A stretch of DNA of 64,000 nt from a virus (IMGVR_UViG_3300027708_000025:32001-96000), one strand, 5' to 3'; shown: positions 15,422-24,955, counted from the stretch's first letter. A program made the numbers and translations. The notes: generated from the letters alone by a model not told the origin.

Positions 15422-15538
15422 TTAACCGAGGGTCTTAACAGAACCACTAACAGCGGCACCGAACAAAACCATTACTGCAAAAATCATCAAAACTGTAAGC
15501 ATTTAAATCTCCTATTAATCTCACTCGCTACAGAATCT

Positions 15539-15617
15539 ATTATACATGGTTTGGTGGGTACGTCAACGGTTATTTTCACTTTGTGCAAAAATACAACACT
15601 TGTGGGGAAAAAACAAC
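15539..15617 (-). promoter_or_regulatory. early promoter module: TTGACG-16-TATAAT plus two degenerate palindromes
   Basis: -10 at 15539-15544, -35 at 15561-15566; boxes at 15582-15597 and 15602-15617. Confidence 0.7.
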
Positions 15618-15703
15618 AGCCCTAGAACCGGTTTTGGGCGGTTTTTAAGGCTGTGGAGGGGTGTCAGTACACCGAACGGTCTACGCCGTCCCAGACGGCG
15701 GTT

Positions 15704-16306
15704 TTAGGCGTCTTCTATTTCATCTTCCTCGTTTTGCGGCAAGTCTTCGCCACGTTCCAGTCGGTGTGTATCGCACAATGTTGAAATCCATCCGTAGTTA
15801 TTTGAACGACCAGGATTACCACACACTTCACATGTGCGATATGACATGGACTCAGCCATGCTAATCATTCCACTAATCACATCGTTATAACCATTTGTGT
15901 AGAATCGCAATCCGCCAAACTTCTCTTTCACTTGACTTGCTGTGATGTATGGTATGTATGGAGGAACTTCTTTGAACTCTGCGTTTTCAATTGCTTTATT
16001 TGCCCATTCAATTCCAAAACTATCGGGTTCTGATTTATTACCAAAGGTGAAATGCATTTGAAGTGGACGTATGTCGCCAGCCAATGCACGTTTCAATGCA
16101 CGATTAAATCGTAATGCTCTTGCACGGGTTTTACGTTTTTGATCTACATGATGTTGAATGTTTCCACACAATACATCAACGATGTTGTACCAACCATCAC
16201 CACAATCAAAACCCCAACACATAGCAGTATGTGTCATCGGTGCATGACGATACTTAAAAATCTTTGGGTACTTTGCAACTAGTGCTTCATCCAATTCATT
16301 TTTCAT
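15704..16306 (-). CDS. conserved phage hypothetical protein (QVKEKFGGLRFY, Zn ribbon)
   Basis: Motifs CGDGW, KEKFGGLRFY, CEVCG. Confidence 0.75.
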   Translation of the reverse strand: MKNELDEALVAKYPKIFKYRHAPMTHTAMCWGFDCGDGWYNIVDVLCGNIQHHVDQKRKTRARALRFNRALKRALAGDIRPLQMHFTFGNKSEPDSFGIEWANKAIENAEFKEVPPYIPYITASQVKEKFGGLRFYTNGYNDVISGMISMAESMSYRTCEVCGNPGRSNNYGWISTLCDTHRLERGEDLPQNEEDEIEDA

Positions 16307-16309
16307 AAT

Positions 16310-16918
16310 TTACTCACAAAATTTTAAAATACTAGGCGAACTCATTATACGATTTGAATATGAATTTCTTTGACGATCCGATTCATATATCTGATCGAAA
16401 TTTAACAAAGGCAAATTATCAAAACGGTTTATATATTCTAAAGTATATCGTTCTTCAACAGTACGCACATGTGATTTTAGTGAAACAGTTTTACAATCTT
16501 TAGGTGGAAGAGTAATGCTAACCCATCTTTGACATTGAGGATACAATGGCGGAGAAAAATGTTCAAAATACATTTTAGATTTTTTTATTTCTAATTTGTT
16601 TTCCTTTGACAATTTATCCATATTGAGAGGTTCTTCAAGTAACGTGGACAAATATGCATTGTGATCCAAGAGTCTTTTTTGTAAATGTTTTTTTCTCACT
16701 CCATTCCAAGTTTTTCTATTTTTTATATCGTGGTATGATCCACACGCCATACCAATATAGAATGTGTCTTCTAATTCAAAAGGCATAACATCTTTGTCTG
16801 GTTTATCTTCACCAAAGTAATAAGCATATATTCCCTCGCTTATACAGTCCATACGATCATATGCGTTAGACCATGAAAACCAGCCTAAATGTTCTCCAGT
16901 ATCAATACTCAAAATCAT
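16310..16918 (-). CDS. hypothetical protein, weak GIY-YIG-like
   Basis: GIYAY...FYIGMA...KRL..H. Confidence 0.45.
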   Translation of the reverse strand: MILSIDTGEHLGWFSWSNAYDRMDCISEGIYAYYFGEDKPDKDVMPFELEDTFYIGMACGSYHDIKNRKTWNGVRKKHLQKRLLDHNAYLSTLLEEPLNMDKLSKENKLEIKKSKMYFEHFSPPLYPQCQRWVSITLPPKDCKTVSLKSHVRTVEERYTLEYINRFDNLPLLNFDQIYESDRQRNSYSNRIMSSPSILKFCE

Positions 16919-16932
16919 AATATATTACTCAG

Positions 16933-17121
16933 TTATTTTAATTCATCAAATTCTTCAAATTCGTCCCAATCATCTTCTTTAAGATTTTGTGGGTCGATAA
17001 ACTTTGTTTGGTGCTTGAACTTATCTTTTTGTTTTTTAGATTCGTTCAACTTCGGTTTCCTTGCTCTATCCTCGTCTTCATAGAAGTCACGGAAACTGGA
17101 ATATTTCTTTGTCTTTGCCAT
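16933..17121 (-). CDS. small charged hypothetical protein
   Basis: ORF track. Confidence 0.6.
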   Translation of the reverse strand: MAKTKKYSSFRDFYEDEDRARKPKLNESKKQKDKFKHQTKFIDPQNLKEDDWDEFEEFDELK

Positions 17122-17125
17122 TTTG

Positions 17126-17569
17126 TTACTCTGATTCTCCCTGCAAGATTTCAGGCAATGCTTCTTCGATGAGTTTTCGATTGATGCCTTTGTACGTAAG
17201 TTTTTTATCTTTCATCATCAAAACTAGTTTAGCCTCTTCTGGAGAAACTGTTTCAAGAACCTCAATAAAAATTGATTCACGTTTGATGGGATTCAAAGTA
17301 CTACCTTTTAGAAAATACTGAAACTTTCTCAATTCTTTTGGAAGACGATTGTGTCCCCAATTACCTGGAGTTTCCATAGGTTTGTATGGAGGTACTCCAG
17401 CTGGTAATTCAAATACAATGTTTTTGTGAAACGTGTATTGCAACACCGTTTTCAATTCTGGTGTCAAGTTTGCAATCTGCTTTAATGAGTTTGCTTTTTT
17501 AGCCGCCGGTAATTCTGCAACATGTTGTAGCAACTCGGGCAAAGTCATCTTACTAATATCAATAGCCAT
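17126..17569 (-). CDS. conserved T4-like hypothetical protein next to rnh
   Basis: LP.G.PPYKP...KRE..FI..LE...EA.L...KDKKL. Confidence 0.75.
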   Translation of the reverse strand: MAIDISKMTLPELLQHVAELPAAKKANSLKQIANLTPELKTVLQYTFHKNIVFELPAGVPPYKPMETPGNWGHNRLPKELRKFQYFLKGSTLNPIKRESIFIEVLETVSPEEAKLVLMMKDKKLTYKGINRKLIEEALPEILQGESE

Positions 17570-17570
17570 T

Positions 17571-18437
17571 TTAAAATTCCTGTATATGTTCCATCAACTG
17601 CTTCATGCGGTTTTGGATAAAATAGTTAAGTAGTTTTTCCCTACCACGTTTAGGGGTATTTTCATAGGCATCAAGAATCTTCTCTTGATACTCAGTCGGA
17701 ATCTTAGATAGGTCAATCAGTAATTCGTTTCGTTTGTAATTACGCCACATCACATCATCACAAAAAGACCTTGGTTCTTCTTCTAACCACTTATTTAGCT
17801 TTTTCTCAGTTACAGGTTTTTGTCTGGCTTCTACGACAAATGTATCATCGGAAGACATGAAATTGGGAATGCCATCACTTCTGTCGCCTCGAATAATGTG
17901 TTCTTTCAGAAAGGCTTCTGGATTGTTAGTACGCAAGAACTTCTTACCCATTGGGCTATACTGTTCTACATTAGCGAACTTCTGCAATTGCATAAAGTCT
18001 TTGTCGCTAGACAGAATCAGAATCTTTTCGGTAGTACTGTTCTTAAGCGGAACACCGAACTTGTGTGTCAACGTAGCAATAACATCATCGGCTTCTGTCT
18101 TATCAACTTGAATCACTTTGTACGGAAAGTATTCTTTGATTTCGTCACGCACTTTGTTTAGCGTTTCAAAAATTAAATTCCAATTAAACGGAGATGCCTC
18201 TCTGTCTTTCTTACGACCAGCTTTGTAGTATGGAAAGTAATCACGGCGCCAATACTTTTTGTCATCGCAACAGATAACAATGTCACCATAGTCATCTTTG
18301 AATTTCATATTGTACATGCGAATGCTATTCAGCACCATATGCCGTACCATATTTTCATCAATTACATTTGATGCATTTGAATTTATCTGCATCATCAGAT
18401 TGGAAATCATCACTTGATTCAAGTCAATCAAAATCAT
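17571..18437 (-). CDS. rnh: T4-type RNase H / 5'-3' exonuclease
   Basis: ILIDLNQ, YWRR...YKAGR, EADD, SSDKDF.QL, GDRSDGIPN. Confidence 0.93.
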   Translation of the reverse strand: MILIDLNQVMISNLMMQINSNASNVIDENMVRHMVLNSIRMYNMKFKDDYGDIVICCDDKKYWRRDYFPYYKAGRKKDREASPFNWNLIFETLNKVRDEIKEYFPYKVIQVDKTEADDVIATLTHKFGVPLKNSTTEKILILSSDKDFMQLQKFANVEQYSPMGKKFLRTNNPEAFLKEHIIRGDRSDGIPNFMSSDDTFVVEARQKPVTEKKLNKWLEEEPRSFCDDVMWRNYKRNELLIDLSKIPTEYQEKILDAYENTPKRGREKLLNYFIQNRMKQLMEHIQEF

Positions 18438-18446
18438 TTTATATTC

Positions 18447-18629
18447 TCAATAGTTCTGAACAATCCAACTGGATAGTTCCTTGACTCTGGATTCAAGCAC
18501 CGAGATTGCGGTATGAATATTTCCAGTATCATGTTCTTCTATTCGACTCTTCAAGATTTCAATTTCATCTTGAAGTGCCTCACAATGACTAACACGATCA
18601 TGCACCTCACTTGTAGTAACGATTGCCAT
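18447..18629 (-). CDS. small coiled-coil hypothetical protein
   Basis: ORF track. Confidence 0.55.
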   Translation of the reverse strand: MAIVTTSEVHDRVSHCEALQDEIEILKSRIEEHDTGNIHTAISVLESRVKELSSWIVQNY

Positions 18630-18639
18630 ACAGTCTTTC

Positions 18640-19758
18640 TTAATTTATTAATCTAACAATAATTGTATCAGAGTTAATGCGCCCTGTCAACTCGGAAGGC
18701 TTGGTAGACAATCCATCTAACAATTTTTTCAATACGATCTTACCACCATCAAGTACTTGTTTAATAGTCACTTCAGGTTTACGCAAACGTTTGCCAATGG
18801 ATGTTTCAGCATTGAAGTTTTGAATTGTTGTACCTTTGATTGTCAGACCTTTTGCATTGTCAGCATTGTACATACCAAGCAATTTTGTTTTGGTATTGTA
18901 CAACCACACTTGATTTGCACCAATAATCTTTTCAGGTAGAACACTCTTTAAATTCAACTCAGCGAAATCTTTCATGTATTGCACTTTAGCGGCAATCACA
19001 CTTGCAGGTTTCTCTTTTACTTTACGTGCTTTACGTGTAGGTTTCTTTTCTGCACCACGATTTGTTTCAGCAACAATCGCATCGTAGAATTCTTTAATCT
19101 TACGCAATTGTACTTTACTGAAATTAGAATATGCCTCTTTGATATCAGCATCGGATGTATTCATAACGTCTTCAAATTCTTTAGAACGTTTAATGAACAC
19201 TTCACACATTTTTTTCTGCACAACGGAAGATAATTCTTTACCTTTTAGATATGATTCCATGTCTGGTGCAAACTTACATCCACCAGCAATAAACTCATCA
19301 ACAAGTCCTTCAATCTCTCCGACTTCTTCCGATGCCTTTTCACGAATTCTGTCTTGAATAGACACGATTGGTGCAGTTGATGCAACAATAGGTGCTTTTG
19401 TTTTTTTGGTTTTCTTTGCGGTCTCAATGACAGTTTTAAACTCTTTGACAAAGAAATTTTTGAATGTGTCGGATGGATTATATCCCATGCACATCATACG
19501 TGCTACCCAACCAAGTTGTACTGGAATAGATGCGTCACTTGATGCGACTAAAGAAATTTCTTCCTTTGATCGACCAATGCTAGCCATGTATTCGACAACA
19601 AATGTTTTTGCTTGCTTGCTATCACAAAAATAATTATACCAATTCAATGCACGAATTTCAGCAACCTTAAGATTACTGATTTCATCTTGATTGGTCCAAG
19701 AAGGTTCTGTGCCAAAGGCTTGTGCGTCAGCGCCAGGATTGATCTTGGAAAATTTCAT
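18640..19758 (-). CDS. conserved T4-like hypothetical protein
   Basis: ALNWYNY...KGTT...K.LRKP...GRIN. Confidence 0.75.
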   Translation of the reverse strand: MKFSKINPGADAQAFGTEPSWTNQDEISNLKVAEIRALNWYNYFCDSKQAKTFVVEYMASIGRSKEEISLVASSDASIPVQLGWVARMMCMGYNPSDTFKNFFVKEFKTVIETAKKTKKTKAPIVASTAPIVSIQDRIREKASEEVGEIEGLVDEFIAGGCKFAPDMESYLKGKELSSVVQKKMCEVFIKRSKEFEDVMNTSDADIKEAYSNFSKVQLRKIKEFYDAIVAETNRGAEKKPTRKARKVKEKPASVIAAKVQYMKDFAELNLKSVLPEKIIGANQVWLYNTKTKLLGMYNADNAKGLTIKGTTIQNFNAETSIGKRLRKPEVTIKQVLDGGKIVLKKLLDGLSTKPSELTGRINSDTIIVRLIN

Positions 19759-19761
19759 AAT

Positions 19762-20094
19762 TTATTCACCTATTGTAAATGATACAGATTTAACAGAATC
19801 GTAACGGAAAGAACGCCATTCGTTTTTCTCTAAGTCAACCACAGAGATTGCCTCGTCAGTTGAAGTATTGCGAACACGTTCGGTTTTCTTTTCGTATGTT
19901 GGGATTGCAGATTCCTGCAATGTGCATTTCATAGTACGCATTGTACCATCTTTTTTCAGAAAGTCAACAGTCACAGGACCAAATTTGAGGTGGCTAACAA
20001 GCCACTTGCGAAATGCTTTTTGTTCTTTTGGCGTAGTTGTTGAATAATTAAAAGTTGTCATATCAAAGTTCTCCATGTTAAAAATGTCTTCCAT
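19762..20094 (-). CDS. SH3-like (WYL_2-type) protein
   Basis: V.F.KKDGT.R.M.CT...V.DLEKNEWRSFR. Confidence 0.75.
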   Translation of the reverse strand: MEDIFNMENFDMTTFNYSTTTPKEQKAFRKWLVSHLKFGPVTVDFLKKDGTMRTMKCTLQESAIPTYEKKTERVRNTSTDEAISVVDLEKNEWRSFRYDSVKSVSFTIGE

Positions 20095-20137
20095 TCAATG
20101 TCTCTAGTATACTCATAATCCAATCAATTGTCAAGTT

Positions 20138-20404
20138 TTATTCTCGGGTTTCGTTTTGAAATTGTTTTTCCATTTTTACTTCACTATACAAATAATCGTA
20201 TAGTTCTTTAATACCGCCAATGTATTTTGCATCGTGATATATGTGAGGAACAAAATTAGTTTCTGGAACTAATATCCTCAATTGTTCTATTGAATAATCT
20301 TGACCCAATATGAATAATTTATATTGGCGTCTACAGACTGTCAACAGCGTTTCAACTTTATTGGTTGTTCTGCTTCCCTCTGCACCATAAACATAATACG
20401 TCAT
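20138..20404 (-). CDS. glutaredoxin-fold protein lacking CxxC
   Basis: VP.I....YIGG..EL motif. Confidence 0.6.
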   Translation of the reverse strand: MTYYVYGAEGSRTTNKVETLLTVCRRQYKLFILGQDYSIEQLRILVPETNFVPHIYHDAKYIGGIKELYDYLYSEVKMEKQFQNETRE

Positions 20405-20805
20405 GGGGCATTATACACCTGCACAAATTCACTTGGTTCATTATTTAAAATTGCAGTTTTAAGTGTACCCTTAAAATCATATGTTACTTGATATCCTTTG
20501 ACAACACTTTGATATACTTGCTCATTGACAAGTTTACATATAGGGGTTGAAAGCGGAGGCGTCATACCCAAGACTAGAGTATTAGTTCCTGGTCCCGAAT
20601 AGTGTGTTATTCCATATTGTTTTTGACAATAATTTTTTGTAGTCATGTACGGTACCTTTTCTATAATAGGTTTCACATTTATCACTTTTGCCATATAGTA
20701 GCCGTCTTTGATTGACGAATCTTCTACAAGAACAACTCCAGCTTGTGCAAAATTACACAAAAATAAAGTTGTCACTATACTATGTAGCGTACATGTTTTT
20801 TTCAT
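20401..20805 (-). CDS. secreted YcfJ-like protein
   Basis: Signal peptide; AKV..V.P...C...C...GY.VTY.F.G. Confidence 0.55.
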   Translation of the reverse strand: MKKTCTLHSIVTTLFLCNFAQAGVVLVEDSSIKDGYYMAKVINVKPIIEKVPYMTTKNYCQKQYGITHYSGPGTNTLVLGMTPPLSTPICKLVNEQVYQSVVKGYQVTYDFKGTLKTAILNNEPSEFVQVYNAP

Positions 20806-20808
20806 AGT

Positions 20809-21168
20809 TTATTCTACAGCATAAACTTTCGTTACTGTCTTGATTCTAATTGCATTACCAGGATCGTAATTCATTTTAACTGTACGAATTTGTCCTTGAT
20901 ATTCAAATGTCACATTGAATGCAGTAACATTATAGCGAAACTCTCTGTCACTATATGTTACACATTTTTGTTGTTGCGTTTGAACGGGCGCACCCGCACC
21001 TTCAATTGGTTCAACGTTGGTACATGACATTCTAGGCATTGAAATTGCTTTCATACTTCCAATTGGATCAACTTTAATGACTTGCACAATTTGATAATTA
21101 ACAATATCATCGGCAAATGCACATGTTGCAATTAATGCAGTAACTGCAACCGCTAAGATTCTTTTCAT
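20809..21168 (-). CDS. secreted YcfJ-like protein, paralog of the neighbour
   Basis: Signal peptide; V..V.P...C...C...F.VTFEYQG...YDPG. Confidence 0.6.
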   Translation of the reverse strand: MKRILAVAVTALIATCAFADDIVNYQIVQVIKVDPIGSMKAISMPRMSCTNVEPIEGAGAPVQTQQQKCVTYSDREFRYNVTAFNVTFEYQGQIRTVKMNYDPGNAIRIKTVTKVYAVE

Positions 21169-21377
21169 TGTTTACTTCCTTTCATTACTCCACCAACTGC
21201 AATAGTCAACCAAGTAATTGCAGAAATAGTTTCCATACTAACTGGAATATTAGTTCCGAAAATTACATTGATTGACATGATGGTAAAAATTGAACCAATC
21301 GCAACCGCAGTTACAATGGCAAATAATATACCAAAAAATAATGCAAGATTATCGGTTTTGAAATTTGTCATAAGCAC
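21165..21377 (-). CDS. 2-TM membrane protein
   Basis: ORF track; hydrophobic. Confidence 0.6.
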   Translation of the reverse strand: MLMTNFKTDNLALFFGILFAIVTAVAIGSIFTIMSINVIFGTNIPVSMETISAITWLTIAVGGVMKGSKQ

Positions 21378-21422
21378 TCCTATATGTTACTTTAAACAGT
21401 ATAACACACCATATATGGCATG

Positions 21423-21740
21423 TCAAAATGTATTCAAAGATGGTTCAAACTCGGCAATCAATTCTCGTTCACGTTGGTGTGCGGGTTTACGCCCACGAAT
21501 CACTTCAAGGACTTCATATTGCCATGCGGCACCAGCCAACTCACGCAATGCATTACACATTGCCCAGTTTTTGTTTTCGCACTTCGCACGACTCACATGT
21601 TTTTGCCAACGGATTTTGACCGAACGGACGTAGGCTTGTCCCTGTGCAACAGTCAAGCCAACATATGAATCGCCAGTATCTACACATGTAACTTTATACA
21701 GCACATGGTTTCTGTCGGATCGTTTCTTTCTCAATGTCAT
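21423..21740 (-). CDS. GIY-YIG nuclease-domain protein
   Basis: VLY...SYVG.T...RW.KH...E.ELI...LN; start corrected to lie just after the -10. Confidence 0.75.
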   Translation of the reverse strand: MTLRKKRSDRNHVLYKVTCVDTGDSYVGLTVAQGQAYVRSVKIRWQKHVSRAKCENKNWAMCNALRELAGAAWQYEVLEVIRGRKPAHQRERELIAEFEPSLNTF

Positions 21741-21746
21741 ATGACT

Positions 21747-21806
21747 AGTATACCACAATGGGACAGCAAGTCAAGGGTTATTTTGGCTTTGTTGCTCAAA
21801 AACAAC
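21747..21806 (-). promoter_or_regulatory. early promoter module: TTGACT-16-TATACT plus GTTG-N8-CAAC
   Basis: -10 at 21747-21752, -35 at 21769-21774, box at 21791-21806. Confidence 0.8.
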
Positions 21807-21878
21807 AAAATCCGCCTCTGATAATTGCCGAAAACTTGGTTTACCATAAATATGTTGACACATTAGAAGGAGGTTGTC

Positions 21879-22619
21879 GTGGTAACAAAAAAAGTTATAG
21901 CAAAGCCAGCAACAAAAAAAGCAACACCTGTTAAAAAGGCACCAGTAAAAAGAACAGTTAAAAAAGTATCACCTGCACCAGCATCAGTAATTAGTGTTGA
22001 TGTGAGTGGTGCTACAAAATCCGCATCGTCAATGTTAGATAAAGCTATTGATCTAATTAAGTGGGTTGATACACCTTTTAAATTGTTTGAAGTAATCTTA
22101 CTTGCAAGTGTATTCTTTTTTGGATACTTTGCATGGGATAGTAGAACAGTTATTCTAAATGCAATTACTCAGTCAAGTAAAGTAACTAATCTCAAAGAAG
22201 TAAATCATCTTATTCCTGTTGCTGTTACTCTACAAAAAGATTTGGAGGCTGTATCTGTTGTAGTACACAAAGCAAGTTTAGTAGTTAATACAAGAACAAC
22301 AATGTTGGCCTTCGGTGCTAAAGGCAGAGACAACTCTTTAGACGGATTAATTTCTAGTTTGTTTAATAAAGATCCTGGCCGTAATGCCGCAATTATTGGT
22401 ATGCTTAACGGAGAGGTTATTTGCGATAAACTAGATGTAACTAGTAAGTCCTCAGAGTGGGAAGCCAAGCAAGGTGCTACATTTATTTGTCGTGGTGGTA
22501 TTCCTCCAGAGATTGGAGACTTTGATGGATATGTTGCAGTTGGTTTTAAAACAGAACCCGCAGACTTAAATGTAGTGAAAACTAGAATTAATCTAGCATC
22601 TTCTGAAATGTCACGATGA
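21879..22619 (+). CDS. single-TM protein with Lys/Ala/Pro-rich N-terminus (possible T-type holin)
   Basis: SD GGAGG; one TM; C-terminal two-Cys domain. Confidence 0.55.
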   Translation: MVTKKVIAKPATKKATPVKKAPVKRTVKKVSPAPASVISVDVSGATKSASSMLDKAIDLIKWVDTPFKLFEVILLASVFFFGYFAWDSRTVILNAITQSSKVTNLKEVNHLIPVAVTLQKDLEAVSVVVHKASLVVNTRTTMLAFGAKGRDNSLDGLISSLFNKDPGRNAAIIGMLNGEVICDKLDVTSKSSEWEAKQGATFICRGGIPPEIGDFDGYVAVGFKTEPADLNVVKTRINLASSEMSR

Positions 22620-22957
22620 AATGGATAATAGCATTTATATTATCATTTCTGAGTATATCAAGTTTAAGTGAACAATGTGATGATTGCATAGGCAATATTG
22701 TTGCTACAGATACCAACACCTGTTTGGTATCTAATTTTTATAAAATTGCATATTCAATACATGATCCCGGATTACGACATCAACAATTATCATCATGGTT
22801 AACAACAAATGGAAACAAGTGTGACAGTAAACAACTTGTTATAATTTGGAATCGTCTTGCCGAATGGGGTGGTGCATCCGACTCAGCAGAATTGCGAGGG
22901 AAACTTCTTTATTATTTTTCTAGGGCTGAGGAAAGAGAACGAAAAGAAAAATCATAA
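22616..22957 (+). CDS. secreted Cys-containing protein
   Basis: Signal peptide; ATGA overlap. Confidence 0.6.
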   Translation: MKWIIAFILSFLSISSLSEQCDDCIGNIVATDTNTCLVSNFYKIAYSIHDPGLRHQQLSSWLTTNGNKCDSKQLVIIWNRLAEWGGASDSAELRGKLLYYFSRAEERERKEKS

Positions 22958-23190
22958 TGGACGGAATAACATGGTTTCCGATAGTACCACCAAGTTACTC
23001 AAATGTAGATGGCATATTAGCCGATGTTCATGCGAAAAAAAATGAACAAAAGTGGGAAGAATACAATAAACAATTAATTGAAAAAATACATCTTAGAGAT
23101 TATTTGTATGATTTGTATTCAAAAAGATCACATGAGAATCACATACGCATGGAAATATACAATGTCAGCACTATAGATTTTTACGTTTAA
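22957..23190 (+). CDS. hypothetical protein
   Basis: TAATG coupling. Confidence 0.55.
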   Translation: MDGITWFPIVPPSYSNVDGILADVHAKKNEQKWEEYNKQLIEKIHLRDYLYDLYSKRSHENHIRMEIYNVSTIDFYV

Positions 23191-23195
23191 TTAAA

Positions 23196-23969
23196 ATGGA
23201 TCCAATCACACTATTTGCCATGGCTAATGCCGCTGTGTCAGCGGTTAAAAAAGGATGCCAACTATACAAAGATATTAAAGGTGCGGCTGGTGATATTAAA
23301 GCAGTACTCAAAGATTTAGATGAACAATTTCATAACAATCATAAAGACAAGCCAGCAACAATTACGCAACGTAATGCTTACATAGGAGAAAAAAATCGTG
23401 TTATAGAATTAAACAAACGTGATGGTGAAACTGTTGGCATCTATACAGAAATTGGAAATCATCTTGGCACATACTATGATAACTTAAATAAATGCATGGC
23501 TATCTTTGCAGAAGAAGAACGTAGAAGTAAAGAGGAGTTATATGAAGGTGATGACAGTTTAGGTAAACGTGCGTTACAGCGTGTTCTGATGAAAAAACAA
23601 TTGGAACAAATGGGGACCGAATTACGTGAATTGATGGTGTATCAAAGCCCACCTGAGTTAGGTGCTTTGTATACTGAAGTAGAAGAGATGATGAAAGTTA
23701 TGGGTAAAGAACAAAAAATACTTATGACAATTAAGATGAGAGCAGAAGAAGTGCAATCAAAAAGAAGAGCCGCACAGATGAAACAGTTAAGGCAAGATGC
23801 TATAATAGGTCTGGTTATTTTAATAGTAATATTTACTATGGGCGCAATGTTTATGTGGGTTGCATACGATAGACAACAAAAATATCCTCAATACGGTGAT
23901 GAGTTATTTCCTAAGAGTGAACGTCAACGACAGCGAGAAAGAGAACCAAAGGTATATATAGGCAGATAA
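23196..23969 (+). CDS. coiled-coil protein with C-terminal TM
   Basis: ORF track. Confidence 0.7.
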   Translation: MDPITLFAMANAAVSAVKKGCQLYKDIKGAAGDIKAVLKDLDEQFHNNHKDKPATITQRNAYIGEKNRVIELNKRDGETVGIYTEIGNHLGTYYDNLNKCMAIFAEEERRSKEELYEGDDSLGKRALQRVLMKKQLEQMGTELRELMVYQSPPELGALYTEVEEMMKVMGKEQKILMTIKMRAEEVQSKRRAAQMKQLRQDAIIGLVILIVIFTMGAMFMWVAYDRQQKYPQYGDELFPKSERQRQREREPKVYIGR

Positions 23970-23977
23970 CAGCGCAT

Positions 23978-24280
23978 TTATTTTGGCGCTGGTTTTCTTC
24001 TCTTAGGTGCAGTAACTGCTTTAGCAGGCTGTTGCTTTTGCCTATTGGGTTTAGCAATAGCCGCAGGAGGATTCTTAGTCCATGCTTGTTCTTTTGCTGG
24101 CGCAGATGTTGCTTCTGCTACTGGTGTTGTGGCTGGTGTAACTTGAACCGTAGCAGTTATTGACTCTGTAGTTTCTTTGATGTTTTTAACTGCAACATCT
24201 ACCACAGTCAAAGGAACTTCTTGAGTTGCCTCTACTGCTGGTTTGCTATTTGTGAAAAATTCTTTAATTTTTTTAAACAT
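23978..24280 (-). CDS. low-complexity hypothetical protein
   Basis: ORF track; Thr/Ala/Pro-rich with basic tail. Confidence 0.6.
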   Translation of the reverse strand: MFKKIKEFFTNSKPAVEATQEVPLTVVDVAVKNIKETTESITATVQVTPATTPVAEATSAPAKEQAWTKNPPAAIAKPNRQKQQPAKAVTAPKRRKPAPK

Positions 24281-24293
24281 GATTATCGCCCTT

Positions 24294-24914
24294 TTAAGTT
24301 AAAATTTCAATCGCATGATTGTAATGATTGATTCTGTCTTCTAAGCCAATGAACCCACCATTGATTCGTTTTGTCATTGTCTTCATATCTCCAATATCTG
24401 CTAGTTCATTTAGTCTAGCGGCAGACCAAAACCAACAAGCAGAGTGAGTAGCATACTCTGTTTCAAGTAACAAATCAGGATTCTCAACTAACACATTGCT
24501 TTCAAACAATGATTGCGAACACTTAGTGTAATTGTTCTTTCCTGTAATCTGTACAATGCCTCTACCACGAAAGTACCAACCTTCTCCAGATGCTTCATCT
24601 CCATTGCCCATACGATTAGCATATACACGATTAGCAATCATTTCTGGTCTACGTTCATATAACTTTGCTTGGGCTTCAGTAGGAAAGTATTTCTTAAATG
24701 TGCCAACTAAACCTTTAGCAGAGTAATTCAAATTCTCTTGCATCAAAGTAAAGCCACCAGACTCATGTCCACATTGTGCCATGAATGCCGCAACTCTATG
24801 CGGTGTATCTATATCGTATTCTGGCAATATATTCAGTAAATTATTATACCATTCGTCAAAGTTTTTTACTTTAGGTATCAACTGTCTTACTGCATCTTCC
24901 GTAAAAAAGTCCAT
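24294..24914 (-). CDS. GH19-family endolysin
   Basis: AQCGHESGG, ENLNYS, FRGRG.VQITGK.NY, INGG..GL..R. Confidence 0.9.
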   Translation of the reverse strand: MDFFTEDAVRQLIPKVKNFDEWYNNLLNILPEYDIDTPHRVAAFMAQCGHESGGFTLMQENLNYSAKGLVGTFKKYFPTEAQAKLYERRPEMIANRVYANRMGNGDEASGEGWYFRGRGIVQITGKNNYTKCSQSLFESNVLVENPDLLLETEYATHSACWFWSAARLNELADIGDMKTMTKRINGGFIGLEDRINHYNHAIEILT

Positions 24915-24950
24915 TGCTATCTCCTATGATTATCATAGGAGTATTTAGCA
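24915..24950 (-). promoter_or_regulatory. late promoter (CTAAATA) with RBS-sequestering hairpin
   Basis: CTCCTATGA-TAA-TCATAGGAG covers SD AGGAG. Confidence 0.7.
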
Positions 24951-24955
24951 TAGAA

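Noticed and set aside
1251-15617. CRISPR array from the recurring GTCAACAACTATTTT
   Set aside because: Spacing is irregular with genes in between; these are promoter -35/UP regions.
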